Assembly (NCBI GenBank): GCA_049643885.1
Contig: JBARQV010000027.1
Span: 3,294 to 67,293 of the forward strand
Reading direction: 5' to 3'
From: Candidatus Omnitrophota bacterium
Lineage (GTDB): Bacteria; Omnitrophota; Gorgyraeia; Tantalellales; Tantalellaceae
DNA: 64,000 bases
The position numbers were made by a program, and so were the translations under genes. The notes beneath the pieces are model-generated. The model did no database searches. It had not been told where the DNA came from and was given only the letters and a program-made list of their open reading frames with translations. Position 1 is the first letter of the stretch. Each line of letters begins with the position of its first letter. Below are positions 16,999 to 25,918 of this stretch, one piece after another.

Positions 16999-18815
16999 AA
17001 AAATTAACGATAACGGTAGTGATCTCGATCATCTTCGTCATCATTCTTATTTCCCTCGCATTTTTGTATATCGATCTGACGGGGCATAAAAGCTTTTATT
17101 ATGACGTATTCGTCGGCGGACAGTTTTATGGCACGGTCGAGGTAGACAGGTACGTTACTGAAGATAGGGTCATCTACAAGACGAAGTCAGAGTATCCGCA
17201 TTCCCTGGAGTGCCCGGTGATTACGGGCAAACTGGTCTTAAAGAAAGGGAATATGCTGCCTCTTAAGTACACAAAAGAATCAACAGGGGTAAGGGGCGCC
17301 ACGAAGATAATACAGCTCGAGCAGAAGGTGGACAAGACAGATTTTCTTTTCCGCGGCTCGCCGGGGTACTTTACCATGAAGGATTTTGAAACCGGGCATA
17401 AGACCATGGTATTCTCGCCGTATGATGTTATGTTGTATATGCCTGTTATGGAAAAGTATAATTTTTGGAGAAAAGGGGCTCAATTCGTTGAAGTCGTGAT
17501 ACCGTTGGAAGAACCGGTGCCTGTTTTTCGGGATAAGCTCGAGGTCAAATACATGGCTGAAGAGTATATTCCCATAATGGGCCGGAAGGTCGAAGCGGGC
17601 CTTTATTCGGTAAAAGCGAAAGGACTTCCTGAGGCCAGGGTATACCTGTCAAAGTATACGCACAACATCTTGTCGCTGGAGATCCCGCTGAGGAAGATGA
17701 GGTTTGTCCTGACGGATATCGGGGGAACACGATCTATCATTCCGCAAAAGAAAAACCCGGCGAGATCGGTTAACGTGGTCCAGGCAGAGGGGCAGAGACA
17801 AAAGGAAGTGTTCTTTGAAAGTGAAGGCCGGATCATCTCTGCTTATCTCTGGGAGCCCGGCGGGAATGGGCCTTTTCCCTCGGTTATACTCGTTAATAAT
17901 GACGGTCCCATGACGACCGCGGAACGGATACTTTTCGAATCTTATGCCAAATCCCTGAGCGGATCAGGTTTTGCCGTTTTGACCTTCGATAAGCCCGAGC
18001 AGGGAAAGAGCCAGGGAGATCTAGCGGATCTGGACGATGCAAGAAGGGTCCGCAACATAGTCGACGCTTGTATATATTTGAAAAGCCTTCCTAAGATACG
18101 GAAAGACAGAGTAGTCCTGATCGGATACAAGGCAGGCGGTTATCTTTGCCTGAAGGCCTCCCAGGAGATCCCCGATTTGTTAGGGTGTGTTGTTATTGCC
18201 ATGCCTCTCGAGTCGTTCAAGGAGGTCGCCTTGGACGATTCGGCCGTAAAGGAGATCAAGGCGGCATTGATCAGGAATAAGATCGGGCCTTTTGATGATG
18301 TGTACATGGCAACTATAACTGGGATATTGCGCGAGCACATGGAAAAGGTGCTGAATTCCAAAGAGGAGGCCTCATTTTTCATGGGAGTGAAGGTCCCGCG
18401 CAAGGGATACCGGGATTATATCGTCCGCGCGCCTTATAAGGCAGTATTGTCATCGAACAAGCCGCTCTTGATGATCATCGGAAGAAAAGATGAAGAGTTT
18501 GATCCGCAGATAACCGAGAACCTGAGAAAGAGTTTGGCCGAGATCAAAAAAGAGAACGTGAAAATGGCGACCATCATGAACCTGGATGGCTATATGGGCA
18601 TGGGGATCGAGCCGGGTTGCACATGGAATTATAAGATCAACAGTGACGCGTTTAAGCTTATCCTGAACTGGTTGATAGGAGTCAACCAGACGGCCGAAGC
18701 CGCGCAGAAAAAAGCAGATACTAAAGCGGAAGCAGCAGTAGCGGCAGAAAAGCCCGGTACACTAACGGCAGGCACGGAAACGGCTGCGTCCGGGACTGGG
18801 ACAGGTAACTTATAG
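16995..18815 (+). CDS. membrane-anchored protein with a C-terminal alpha/beta-hydrolase-like (dienelactone hydrolase / S9-like) domain; nucleophile position apparently Lys (G-Y-K-A-G-G)
   Basis: N-terminal transmembrane helix. The sequence SVILVNNDGP...GFAVLTFDKPEQGKSQG...VVLIGYKAGGYL looks like an alpha/beta-hydrolase core, but the GxSxG serine is missing. Confidence 0.5.
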   Translation: MKKLTITVVISIIFVIILISLAFLYIDLTGHKSFYYDVFVGGQFYGTVEVDRYVTEDRVIYKTKSEYPHSLECPVITGKLVLKKGNMLPLKYTKESTGVRGATKIIQLEQKVDKTDFLFRGSPGYFTMKDFETGHKTMVFSPYDVMLYMPVMEKYNFWRKGAQFVEVVIPLEEPVPVFRDKLEVKYMAEEYIPIMGRKVEAGLYSVKAKGLPEARVYLSKYTHNILSLEIPLRKMRFVLTDIGGTRSIIPQKKNPARSVNVVQAEGQRQKEVFFESEGRIISAYLWEPGGNGPFPSVILVNNDGPMTTAERILFESYAKSLSGSGFAVLTFDKPEQGKSQGDLADLDDARRVRNIVDACIYLKSLPKIRKDRVVLIGYKAGGYLCLKASQEIPDLLGCVVIAMPLESFKEVALDDSAVKEIKAALIRNKIGPFDDVYMATITGILREHMEKVLNSKEEASFFMGVKVPRKGYRDYIVRAPYKAVLSSNKPLLMIIGRKDEEFDPQITENLRKSLAEIKKENVKMATIMNLDGYMGMGIEPGCTWNYKINSDAFKLILNWLIGVNQTAEAAQKKADTKAEAAVAAEKPGTLTAGTETAASGTGTGNL

Positions 18816-18897
18816 TTATATACTATATGCCGGAGGGTTGACTTTTACATTATATTATGCTATATTTCAAGCAATTATAACTTGGGGGGGGTAAAGT

Positions 18898-19281
18898 ATG
18901 AAAAAGCTTTTATTGGTTTTCTTTATTGTGGTTCTGGCGGTATCTTTCGCAACAGTTGCTATTGCAGCGGATATGCCCTCAATAAGAGGCGGAAGAGGAA
19001 GCCAGATGACCAAGACGCCTTCTGCTCATCCGGCAGGTCCTATTCAGAAAGCTGAAAGAGGGTTCATGAACACCGCTTTTGGCTGGACTGAAATCCCTAA
19101 AAGGGTCGTCGACAAGACAAAAGAGTACAACAACCCTTTTAAGGGTGTATTGTTAGGTGTCTGGCAGGGGACCTGTAAAGCCATAGCCCGGACAGCTTCC
19201 GGGGCGTTTGATCTGGCGACTTTCCCGATCGGAAGATATGATAAGCCCCGCATTCTGCCGGATATGCCTGCTGCTAAATAA
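18898..19281 (+). CDS. small secreted protein, paralog of 13323-13649 (GW-x-E-x-PK motif family)
   Basis: Signal peptide MKKLLLVFFIVVLAVSFATVAIAA. The motif ERGFMNTAFGWTEIPKRV...GVLLGVWQG is shared with the paralog. Confidence 0.55.
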   Translation: MKKLLLVFFIVVLAVSFATVAIAADMPSIRGGRGSQMTKTPSAHPAGPIQKAERGFMNTAFGWTEIPKRVVDKTKEYNNPFKGVLLGVWQGTCKAIARTASGAFDLATFPIGRYDKPRILPDMPAAK

Positions 19282-19301
19282 CTTATTTTAGATAAGATAC
19301 G

Positions 19302-19350
19302 AAAAAAGAGCGGTTTATTTCATCTTATCAGATGCGAACCGCTCTTTTTT
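19302..19350 (+). terminator. intrinsic terminator (AAAAAAGAGCGGTT ... AACCGCTCTTTTTT, bidirectional-looking)
   Basis: 9-bp GC-rich stem flanked by an A-tract and a T-tract. An inner GATAAGAT/ATCTTATC inverted repeat sits in the loop. Confidence 0.6.
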
Positions 19351-19384
19351 CTAATAGATTTAATAGATGGAGTAAGGCGGTAAA

Positions 19385-19756
19385 ATGAAACTAAAACTGC
19401 CGGAAAGAAGGCGGTACGTAAGGATCGAAGCGCCGCTGAAAGTTAAGTTGGCCAGCGGAGGAAAAAGCTACGAAGTCACCTCAAAAGATATTTCTCCTGT
19501 CGGTGTTCGCCTTGAGATAGGGGAAAAACTTAAAGAGGCGGAGGGGCTGAGCTTATCAGTGTCTCTGCCGGATGTGGCTAAGCCGGTAAGGATCAAGGGA
19601 AAACTTGTCTGGCAGGCCAAGACCAGTCTTGAAGATAAAGCCCCCTATGACGTCGGTGTCGAGATCGTCGAAGTCGATGATAAGGACAAGAGCAGTTTTT
19701 TAAAATACGTTTGTGACGTTTTGTATATTTCTGCAGAATACAGGCCGAGAGAGTGA
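19385..19756 (+). CDS. PilZ-domain protein
   Basis: Contains RRRYVRIEAP...DISPVGVRLEI. Confidence 0.7.
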   Translation: MKLKLPERRRYVRIEAPLKVKLASGGKSYEVTSKDISPVGVRLEIGEKLKEAEGLSLSVSLPDVAKPVRIKGKLVWQAKTSLEDKAPYDVGVEIVEVDDKDKSSFLKYVCDVLYISAEYRPRE

Positions 19757-19771
19757 CAGGCCCGGAGGTGA

Positions 19772-20149
19772 GTGTTGAAGAAAGATTTTTTCCTTTTTCT
19801 GTTGATCGTTTCCTTCCTTATTTCCGCGGGATGCGCGGATGTCGATCTGCCGAATACGGGACAGATCATAAAGAACCCCTTAGGCCCCGGGTCTGTTAAG
19901 ATCGGCATGTTAAAAGATAAGGTTGTCGACATATACGGTGAACCGGATATAAAGGGCACCGTAACCTCTGACAAGTGGATCGGCACGAGAGAAGAATGGA
20001 TATACTGGGCCGATCTTTCGACTCTTCCGGTAGGAGCGGGTTATCTGGGGCAAGATCTTTACATCTATTTCGACGGGGATAATGTTACGAACCTGAGCAA
20101 TGAACCTCTGGGAAAAGAGAGCAAAAATGCCGAAAAAACCTCTAGATGA
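19772..20149 (+). CDS. lipoprotein, BamE/SmpA-OmlA-like
   Basis: Lipobox LISAGC. Contains [17 protein letters not shown]...WIYW...[10 protein letters not shown]. Confidence 0.45.
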   Translation: MLKKDFFLFLLIVSFLISAGCADVDLPNTGQIIKNPLGPGSVKIGMLKDKVVDIYGEPDIKGTVTSDKWIGTREEWIYWADLSTLPVGAGYLGQDLYIYFDGDNVTNLSNEPLGKESKNAEKTSR

Positions 20150-20912
20150 CGTCATCATCTCCAAGGCGATAATCGAAAGCTTTTCTGAGAAATTCATCAA
20201 AAACCTGAAAACCGATGTGGCCATAGTCGGTGCAGGCCCCGCGGGTTTGACTGCAGCCTATTACCTTTGTAAGAAAAAAATAAAGGTCGTCATATTCGAG
20301 AGAAAGCTCAGCATCGGCGGCGGCATGTGGGGCGGCGGGATAATGTTCAACGAGATAGTGGTCCAGGACGAGGGGAAAAAGATCCTCGGAGAAGTAGGCG
20401 TCCCCGTAAAGAAGTATAAGGATAATTATTATACGGCGGATTCCGTTCTGGCTGTGACAACTCTTTGCTCCAAGGCGGCATTGGCCGGAGCGAAGATATT
20501 CAATCTAATGGAGGTTGAAGATCTTGTGGTAAAGAACGGCGCCGTTAAGGGGCTTGTTATTAACTGGTCAGCGGTGAGCTTGTCAAATCTGCACGTAGAT
20601 CCGATAAGCACGGAATGCAGGTTCCTGATCGACGCCACGGGCCACCGCTGTGAAGTGGCGCATCTTTTGGAGAGGAAGGCTAAGATCAAGCTTTCCACTG
20701 AGACGGGGGGCGTCATGGGGGAAAAGCCCATGTGGGCCGAAATAGGAGAGAATGCCATGAAGGGCAATACCCGCGAGGTTTTTCCCAATGTTTATGTGGC
20801 CGGAATGGCAGGTAATGCTGTTTTCGGCAGCCCCAGGATGGGTCCGATCTTCGGCGGCATGCTTATATCAGGCAAAAAGGCGGCCGAGCTCATAATAAAA
20901 CGGATGAGGTAA
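20127..20912 (+). CDS. thiazole synthase (Thi4 family, sulfide-dependent ADP-thiazole synthase)
   Basis: Contains [18 protein letters not shown]...[18 protein letters not shown]. The ATG at 20127 is preferred over the track start at 20100. Confidence 0.8.
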   Translation: MPKKPLDDVIISKAIIESFSEKFIKNLKTDVAIVGAGPAGLTAAYYLCKKKIKVVIFERKLSIGGGMWGGGIMFNEIVVQDEGKKILGEVGVPVKKYKDNYYTADSVLAVTTLCSKAALAGAKIFNLMEVEDLVVKNGAVKGLVINWSAVSLSNLHVDPISTECRFLIDATGHRCEVAHLLERKAKIKLSTETGGVMGEKPMWAEIGENAMKGNTREVFPNVYVAGMAGNAVFGSPRMGPIFGGMLISGKKAAELIIKRMR

Positions 20913-20914
20913 TC

Positions 20915-21265
20915 ATGCTTCGAATAATGTGCAAATCTAAGATAAAGAACGGTTTTGTCACAGCCAAGGTTATGCGTTACGAAGGGAGCATAGGTATCGA
21001 TAAGAAGATCATGTACGCGGCGGATATCCTGCCCGGGGAACAGGTACATGTTCTTAACCTGAATAACGGGAAAAGGTTCACGACTTATGCCATCGAAGAA
21101 GAAGATTCGGGCAAGATCGTCCTTTATGGACCTGCCACGAGAAAAGGTGAAGTAGGCGACGAGCTTGTGATACTTTCCTACTGCATGGCCGAAACGACGG
21201 AAAGCCGAAGCCTTAAAATGAGCGCCATCGCGTTGGGCGAGGACAATAAATACCAGGGCAAGTAA
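20915..21265 (+). CDS. panD: aspartate 1-decarboxylase
   Basis: MLRIMCKSKIKNGFVTAKVMRYEGSIGID and the rest of the protein match PanD. Confidence 0.85.
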   Translation: MLRIMCKSKIKNGFVTAKVMRYEGSIGIDKKIMYAADILPGEQVHVLNLNNGKRFTTYAIEEEDSGKIVLYGPATRKGEVGDELVILSYCMAETTESRSLKMSAIALGEDNKYQGK

Positions 21266-21269
21266 AGAA

Positions 21270-21773
21270 ATGGATAAACTTGAGCTTAAAACTTATCCGG
21301 AATCCTGCCTCCGAACGAAGACCAATCCGGCCGAAAATTTTAAAAATAACTTACAAAAAACGCTGAAGGCTATGGCGGACGTCATGTACGTCAATAACGG
21401 GATAGGCCTGGCTGCTACACAGGTCGGCATAGACGCGAGTTTTATAGTTGTCGATGCAGGGGAAGGCCTGGAACCGTTCGTGAACCCGAAAGTGGTCGGC
21501 CGCTCAAAAAGAAAGATCCGCATGGAGGAGGGGTGTCTAAGCCTGCCCGGTATCGCCGTCGATGTTTCGCGCTCGGAGCAGATAACCGTAAAAGCCCAGG
21601 ATGAGAACGGGAACACTTTTATAAAGGATTATGCCGGGCTGATGGCCAGGGTAATTCTTCATGAGGTAGACCACCTTAACGGCAAACTTATAATAGATTA
21701 TCTTAACCCCTTTAGGCGTTTCATGGCGGTCAGGAGGCTTTCCGCGGAAAAGCGAAAGGTGAAAAAATGCTAG
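21270..21773 (+). CDS. def: peptide deformylase
   Basis: Motifs GIGLAATQVG, EGCLSLPG and HEVDHLNG. Confidence 0.9.
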   Translation: MDKLELKTYPESCLRTKTNPAENFKNNLQKTLKAMADVMYVNNGIGLAATQVGIDASFIVVDAGEGLEPFVNPKVVGRSKRKIRMEEGCLSLPGIAVDVSRSEQITVKAQDENGNTFIKDYAGLMARVILHEVDHLNGKLIIDYLNPFRRFMAVRRLSAEKRKVKKC

Positions 21774-22219
21774 AGAAAGATATAAGCCTATCATTGCAGC
21801 AGGCCTTGAAGGCCGGAGAAAAGATCAAGATATCGACCCTCCGGCTTCTTGTGAACGATATCAAGAACAGGAAAATAGCTGAAAGGACGGCTGAGCTTGA
21901 AGACCCGGCGGTGATAGGCATTATCCACAAGATGGTCAAGCAGCGCAGGGAATCGATCGAGCAGTTCAAGCAAGGCGGACGTGATGATCTTGTCGAGATA
22001 GAAGAGAACGAACTGGCGGTACTTGAATCGTATCTGCCGGAGCAGATCTCGGAGGGAGAACTGGAAGGGATCGTGGCTGAGGTCATATCCCAGACAGGCG
22101 CGACATCAATGAAGGAAATGGGCAAAGTGATGAAAGAAGTCATGAATAAAGTCCAGGGGCAGGCTGACGGGGTTGTTGTCAGCAATATGGTAAAGAAGAA
22201 ATTAAGCCAGAATCGGTAA
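21767..22219 (+). CDS. yqeY: GatB/YqeY-domain protein
   Basis: Typical YqeY sequence, LQQALKAGEK...ISEGELEGIV...MGKVMKEVMNKVQGQADG. Confidence 0.8.
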   Translation: MLEKDISLSLQQALKAGEKIKISTLRLLVNDIKNRKIAERTAELEDPAVIGIIHKMVKQRRESIEQFKQGGRDDLVEIEENELAVLESYLPEQISEGELEGIVAEVISQTGATSMKEMGKVMKEVMNKVQGQADGVVVSNMVKKKLSQNR

Positions 22220-22239
22220 GAAAAGAGAAAGGAAAAAAG

Positions 22240-22587
22240 ATGGGAACAAGGATGAGAACGATCATGGTTTTGGTGACGGTTTTGCTTTTTGCTTTTTCTT
22301 TGGTGGACCCCGCGTTTGCCGTGGAAAAGAAAAGGTCAGCGGTAGGGTATCCGGCATATCTTGTTGAAGAGTCGGTGAAGGTCGTAGGCGACGCCGGTAA
22401 GGGGTTTGTAGAGGCTATTGGCGGAACAGTCGAGTATGCAGGGCAAACCCTTGGCGGAGACACGAGCAAGGCCGGGAAAATAGTGACGCACCCGATAGAA
22501 AAAAGCGTTAAAACCACCACTAAAACGATAGAAGCGACTGCAGCGGCCCCGGTGAAAGCCGGTAAAGATGTTCGCTGGCAGTGGTAG
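22240..22587 (+). CDS. hypothetical secreted protein
   Basis: Signal peptide. No recognisable domain. Confidence 0.4.
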   Translation: MGTRMRTIMVLVTVLLFAFSLVDPAFAVEKKRSAVGYPAYLVEESVKVVGDAGKGFVEAIGGTVEYAGQTLGGDTSKAGKIVTHPIEKSVKTTTKTIEATAAAPVKAGKDVRWQW

Positions 22588-22627
22588 TACTTCATGCAAG
22601 CTGTTAAGTTTGTGGGTGTCTGAATAA

Positions 22628-23845
22628 GTGGATATTACCGTATTTATTATATTGCTGTTCGTGTCCGCTTTTTTCTCCGGATCAGAAACAGCTTTTCTCT
22701 CGCTTGGCAAGATAAAGCTCAGGCAGATAGAGACACTGCGGCATCCTGCGGCAAACAGAATAGTAAAACTTGTATCGGATACCCACAAACTCCTCATAAC
22801 TATACTTGTCGGAAACACCCTTGTGAATATAGCGGCCAGCTCCATATTCGCGGGGATCTTTTACAAGGCATTCGGCGAAAAAGGGGTCGGTCTTTCGATC
22901 GTCGCCATGATCCTGATCATACTTATCTTCGGGGAAGTCACTCCGAAGATGTATGCCTTGACTCACGCTGAAACGGTTTCTTTTCTCGCCTCACTGCCTC
23001 TCTTGTTCTTCAGGAAATTATTCGCCCCACTCAGGTGGATCCTGGGCGCCATCTCGCAGGCTATAGTAAGGAGTCTCGGGCTGAAGATCCCATCCAAGCG
23101 GGCTAAAATAACCGAGCAGGAAATAAAATCTCTTTTTTCGATCGGCAAGGAGAAGGGCATCGTCAAGGAAAAGGAAAGGGACATGATCTACAGCATCCTG
23201 GAGTTCAAAGACCTGAACGCCGCCGACATAATGACCCCGAGGATCGATATGGCGGCGCTGGATATGAACCTGAGCGGCGATGAGCTTGTCAAAAACACAA
23301 AGGAAGGGCAGTATTCCCGCCTGCCGGTCTATGTGCATACGTTTGATAACATTGTGGGGATCATCCATGCCAAGGATTTCCTTTTGAACCCGGATACCCC
23401 CATAAAGGATATTGTAAAGGAACCTTTCTTTGTTCCTGAAAGCATGAGGATCGATGACCTTTTGAACCAATTGCAGAAAAGACATATTCATATGGCGATC
23501 GTCACGGATGAATACGGCGTTACTTCCGGGCTGGTCACGATCGAAGACATACTTGAAGAGATCGTGGGAGAGATCAGGGATGAGCTTGATTTTGAGGCAC
23601 CCAAAATAAAGAAGATCGACCAAAAGACTTATGAAGTAAGCGGGCAGGCGCATATAAACGACGTGAACGAAAAACTCGGCCTGGCCATTGATACGGAGGA
23701 AGTGGATACCATCGGGGGATACGTGACATTGCTCATGGGGAAGATGCCCGTTTCAGGCGACCAGGTAAAGATAAACGGTCATGTTGCGGTCGTGGAAGAC
23801 GTTAGCAAGAACCGCATAACTCTGCTGACCATAAAAAAGGTTTAA
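22628..23845 (+). CDS. CNNM/DUF21-CBS-CorC_HlyC hemolysin-family (TlyC-like) membrane protein
   Basis: DUF21 transmembrane region, a CBS pair, and a C-terminal CorC/HlyC transporter-associated domain. Confidence 0.8.
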   Translation: MDITVFIILLFVSAFFSGSETAFLSLGKIKLRQIETLRHPAANRIVKLVSDTHKLLITILVGNTLVNIAASSIFAGIFYKAFGEKGVGLSIVAMILIILIFGEVTPKMYALTHAETVSFLASLPLLFFRKLFAPLRWILGAISQAIVRSLGLKIPSKRAKITEQEIKSLFSIGKEKGIVKEKERDMIYSILEFKDLNAADIMTPRIDMAALDMNLSGDELVKNTKEGQYSRLPVYVHTFDNIVGIIHAKDFLLNPDTPIKDIVKEPFFVPESMRIDDLLNQLQKRHIHMAIVTDEYGVTSGLVTIEDILEEIVGEIRDELDFEAPKIKKIDQKTYEVSGQAHINDVNEKLGLAIDTEEVDTIGGYVTLLMGKMPVSGDQVKINGHVAVVEDVSKNRITLLTIKKV

Positions 23846-23846
23846 C

Positions 23847-24833
23847 ATGATACCCATTTACACTATAGCGGTCATTTTGGCGTTGTTTTTTCAGGCCTTT
23901 TTCACGGCCTCCGAGATGGCGTTCACATCCGTAAGCAGGATCAAGCTGAAAGACCTGGTGAAAAAACGCGATCCACACGCGTTGAAACTTCATGATTTTT
24001 TGCACAAAAGGGGGTTCCTGGGGACCACCCTTGTAGGGACAAATATAGCCGTTGTTATAGCTTCGACGTTGACGACAAGGATATTTGCCGAGCATTTCGG
24101 CAAAGATATTTCAGCTCTTCTTACTACGGTCGTCCTTGTCCCTGTCACCCTGGTCTTTGCCGAGATAGTGCCCAAGATGATAGGCAGGCAATTCGCCACG
24201 CCGGTGGCCTTAAGGACGGTTTCTCCGCTTGAAAACTTCAGAAAAGTGTTTTCGCCCTTGATCGTGGCAGTGACTTCTGTAGCCAAACTGCTGCTTTTAC
24301 CTTTTGGCAAGCCGGCTACCCCCTGGGATATAACCTTTACCAAGAGCGACCTGAAAAGAATAGTCCTTTCCGGGCGCGAAGAGGGGGAAATGGAGCATGA
24401 CGAAGTGGAACTGATCCACAAGGTGCTGGATTTCGGGGCCAAGACAGCCCAGAGTATAATGGTGCCGCTTTATCGTGTATCTTCGATAAGTTTTGACGAT
24501 TCTGTGGAGAACCTGAAAAAGCTGGTGGCCGTTACGGGTTTTTCAAGGATACCCATTTACAAGAACAACAAAAACAATATAATCGGGATCGTCAACATTT
24601 ACGACATTCTTTTCGCGCCTGAAGAAGGCGAGAAGATGAGAGGACTGGAAGATTTCATAAGGGAACCCGTCAACATCAAAAGCACTGACGGCCTCGACAT
24701 AGCCCTTGCTCGCTTGCGTTATAAAAAGCAGCCTATGGGCATAGTAACCGATGAGACGCAACAGCCCGTGGGGATCGTGATAATAGAAGACATTCTTGAA
24801 GAGATCGTTGGTGAGATTGAAGACAGGGGGTAA
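23847..24833 (+). CDS. CNNM/DUF21 + CBS-pair membrane protein (paralog, lacks the CorC_HlyC tail)
   Basis: Same architecture as the upstream gene, truncated after the CBS pair. Confidence 0.75.
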   Translation: MIPIYTIAVILALFFQAFFTASEMAFTSVSRIKLKDLVKKRDPHALKLHDFLHKRGFLGTTLVGTNIAVVIASTLTTRIFAEHFGKDISALLTTVVLVPVTLVFAEIVPKMIGRQFATPVALRTVSPLENFRKVFSPLIVAVTSVAKLLLLPFGKPATPWDITFTKSDLKRIVLSGREEGEMEHDEVELIHKVLDFGAKTAQSIMVPLYRVSSISFDDSVENLKKLVAVTGFSRIPIYKNNKNNIIGIVNIYDILFAPEEGEKMRGLEDFIREPVNIKSTDGLDIALARLRYKKQPMGIVTDETQQPVGIVIIEDILEEIVGEIEDRG

Positions 24834-24838
24834 CGACC

Positions 24839-25531
24839 ATGTATCTTATTTACGCAATACCTGCCATATTTATAATCGTATTATCCGTTCTGATCGTGAA
24901 GATCGCAACGGTAGCCTTGAATTTGACCGGACTTGACCAGAAAAGGGCCTTTTTTCAGGCTTTATCCGCTTTTACAGGGACGGGCTTTACAACCGTGGAT
25001 TCAGAGCTTGTCGTCGCGAATGATATAAGGCGCAAGATAATCATGACCCTGATGATACTTGGGAATGCAGGGTTTATTTCCGTTATAACTACTCTTGTCC
25101 TGTCTTTCAAGGGAGTCGGGCTGACCTCGACGCTGATCAATATAACCATGATCCTTACGGCGATAGTCGTTCTTACAATGATACTTTCAAACAGGTACGT
25201 TGCCAAGAAGCTGACAAGGAAGATCCAGGAAAACCTGTCAAGAAGGCCGACTTTCACAAAGCGCCCCGTAACGGAAATATTGAGGCTTGCTGCCGGTTTT
25301 GGGATAGCCGAGATAACCCTGAACGAAGAATGTGATGATGTGGGAAAGACTTTAAGCAAGTCCTCCTTCAGGGAAAAGGACATACTCGTCCTGGCCATTG
25401 AAAGGGGCAGGAGCGTCATACCCACACCCCAGGCTTCCGAGGAGATACGCCGCAATGATACGATAATCTGTTACGGAAAGCTCGACAATATCGCTAAGCT
25501 CGGGAAGAAAGTGATGGAGTCAAAAACCTGA
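24839..25531 (+). CDS. membrane protein with a C-terminal TrkA-C (RCK_C) domain
   Basis: Three or four transmembrane helices, then ...LSKSSFREKDILVLAIERGRSVIPTPQASEEIRRNDTIICYGKLDNI, which is TrkA-C-like. Confidence 0.55.
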   Translation: MYLIYAIPAIFIIVLSVLIVKIATVALNLTGLDQKRAFFQALSAFTGTGFTTVDSELVVANDIRRKIIMTLMILGNAGFISVITTLVLSFKGVGLTSTLINITMILTAIVVLTMILSNRYVAKKLTRKIQENLSRRPTFTKRPVTEILRLAAGFGIAEITLNEECDDVGKTLSKSSFREKDILVLAIERGRSVIPTPQASEEIRRNDTIICYGKLDNIAKLGKKVMESKT

Positions 25532-25597
25532 ACGCACGATTGATTATTTGATCGATATATGGTAAATTGTGATTAGTTTAAGAGATGGGAGAGATAG

Positions 25598-25744
25598 ATG
25601 AATAAGGCACTGATATTTGTTTCTTTATTGCTTCTGATAGCTTTTATCGCGGGATGCGGAGAGACGATAAGGGGTGCGGCCAAGGACACGAATCGTATAG
25701 GCCAGGGCATCAGGAAGGTATTTGTATCCGATAGCACGAAATAG
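25598..25744 (+). CDS. entericidin EcnA/B-like small lipoprotein (48 aa; absent from the ORF track because shorter than 60 aa)
   Basis: MNKALIFVSLLLLIAFIAGCGETIRGAAKDTNRIGQGIRKVF has a lipobox plus the G-x-D-x4-G-x-I pattern of entericidins. Confidence 0.5.
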   Translation: MNKALIFVSLLLLIAFIAGCGETIRGAAKDTNRIGQGIRKVFVSDSTK

Positions 25745-25765
25745 GCAACGTTTATCCCATATACG

Positions 25766-25815
25766 GGCCGGAATTCAATGCCGAACAACCGGTAGTTCCG
25801 GCTCGTGTTGTTTTT
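25766..25815 (+). terminator. candidate intrinsic terminator (GGCCGGAA...TTCCGGC followed by a T-run)
   Basis: Hairpin plus T-tract after the entericidin-like ORF. Confidence 0.35.
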
Positions 25816-25817
25816 AA

Positions 25818-25911
25818 ATGTCATCCCGGATCCGCCGTAGGCGGAATCCGGGATCAAATAAAAATATTATGTGATCCCGGGTCTCGGCCTGCGGCCTCGC
25901 CCGGGATGACA
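25818..25911. repeat. copy 2 of the hairpin-rich repeat element (ATGTCATCCC...GGGATGACA)
   Basis: See 10382-10463. It ends 8 nt before the radical-SAM gene ATG. Confidence 0.6.
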
Positions 25912-25918
25912 AATTATC

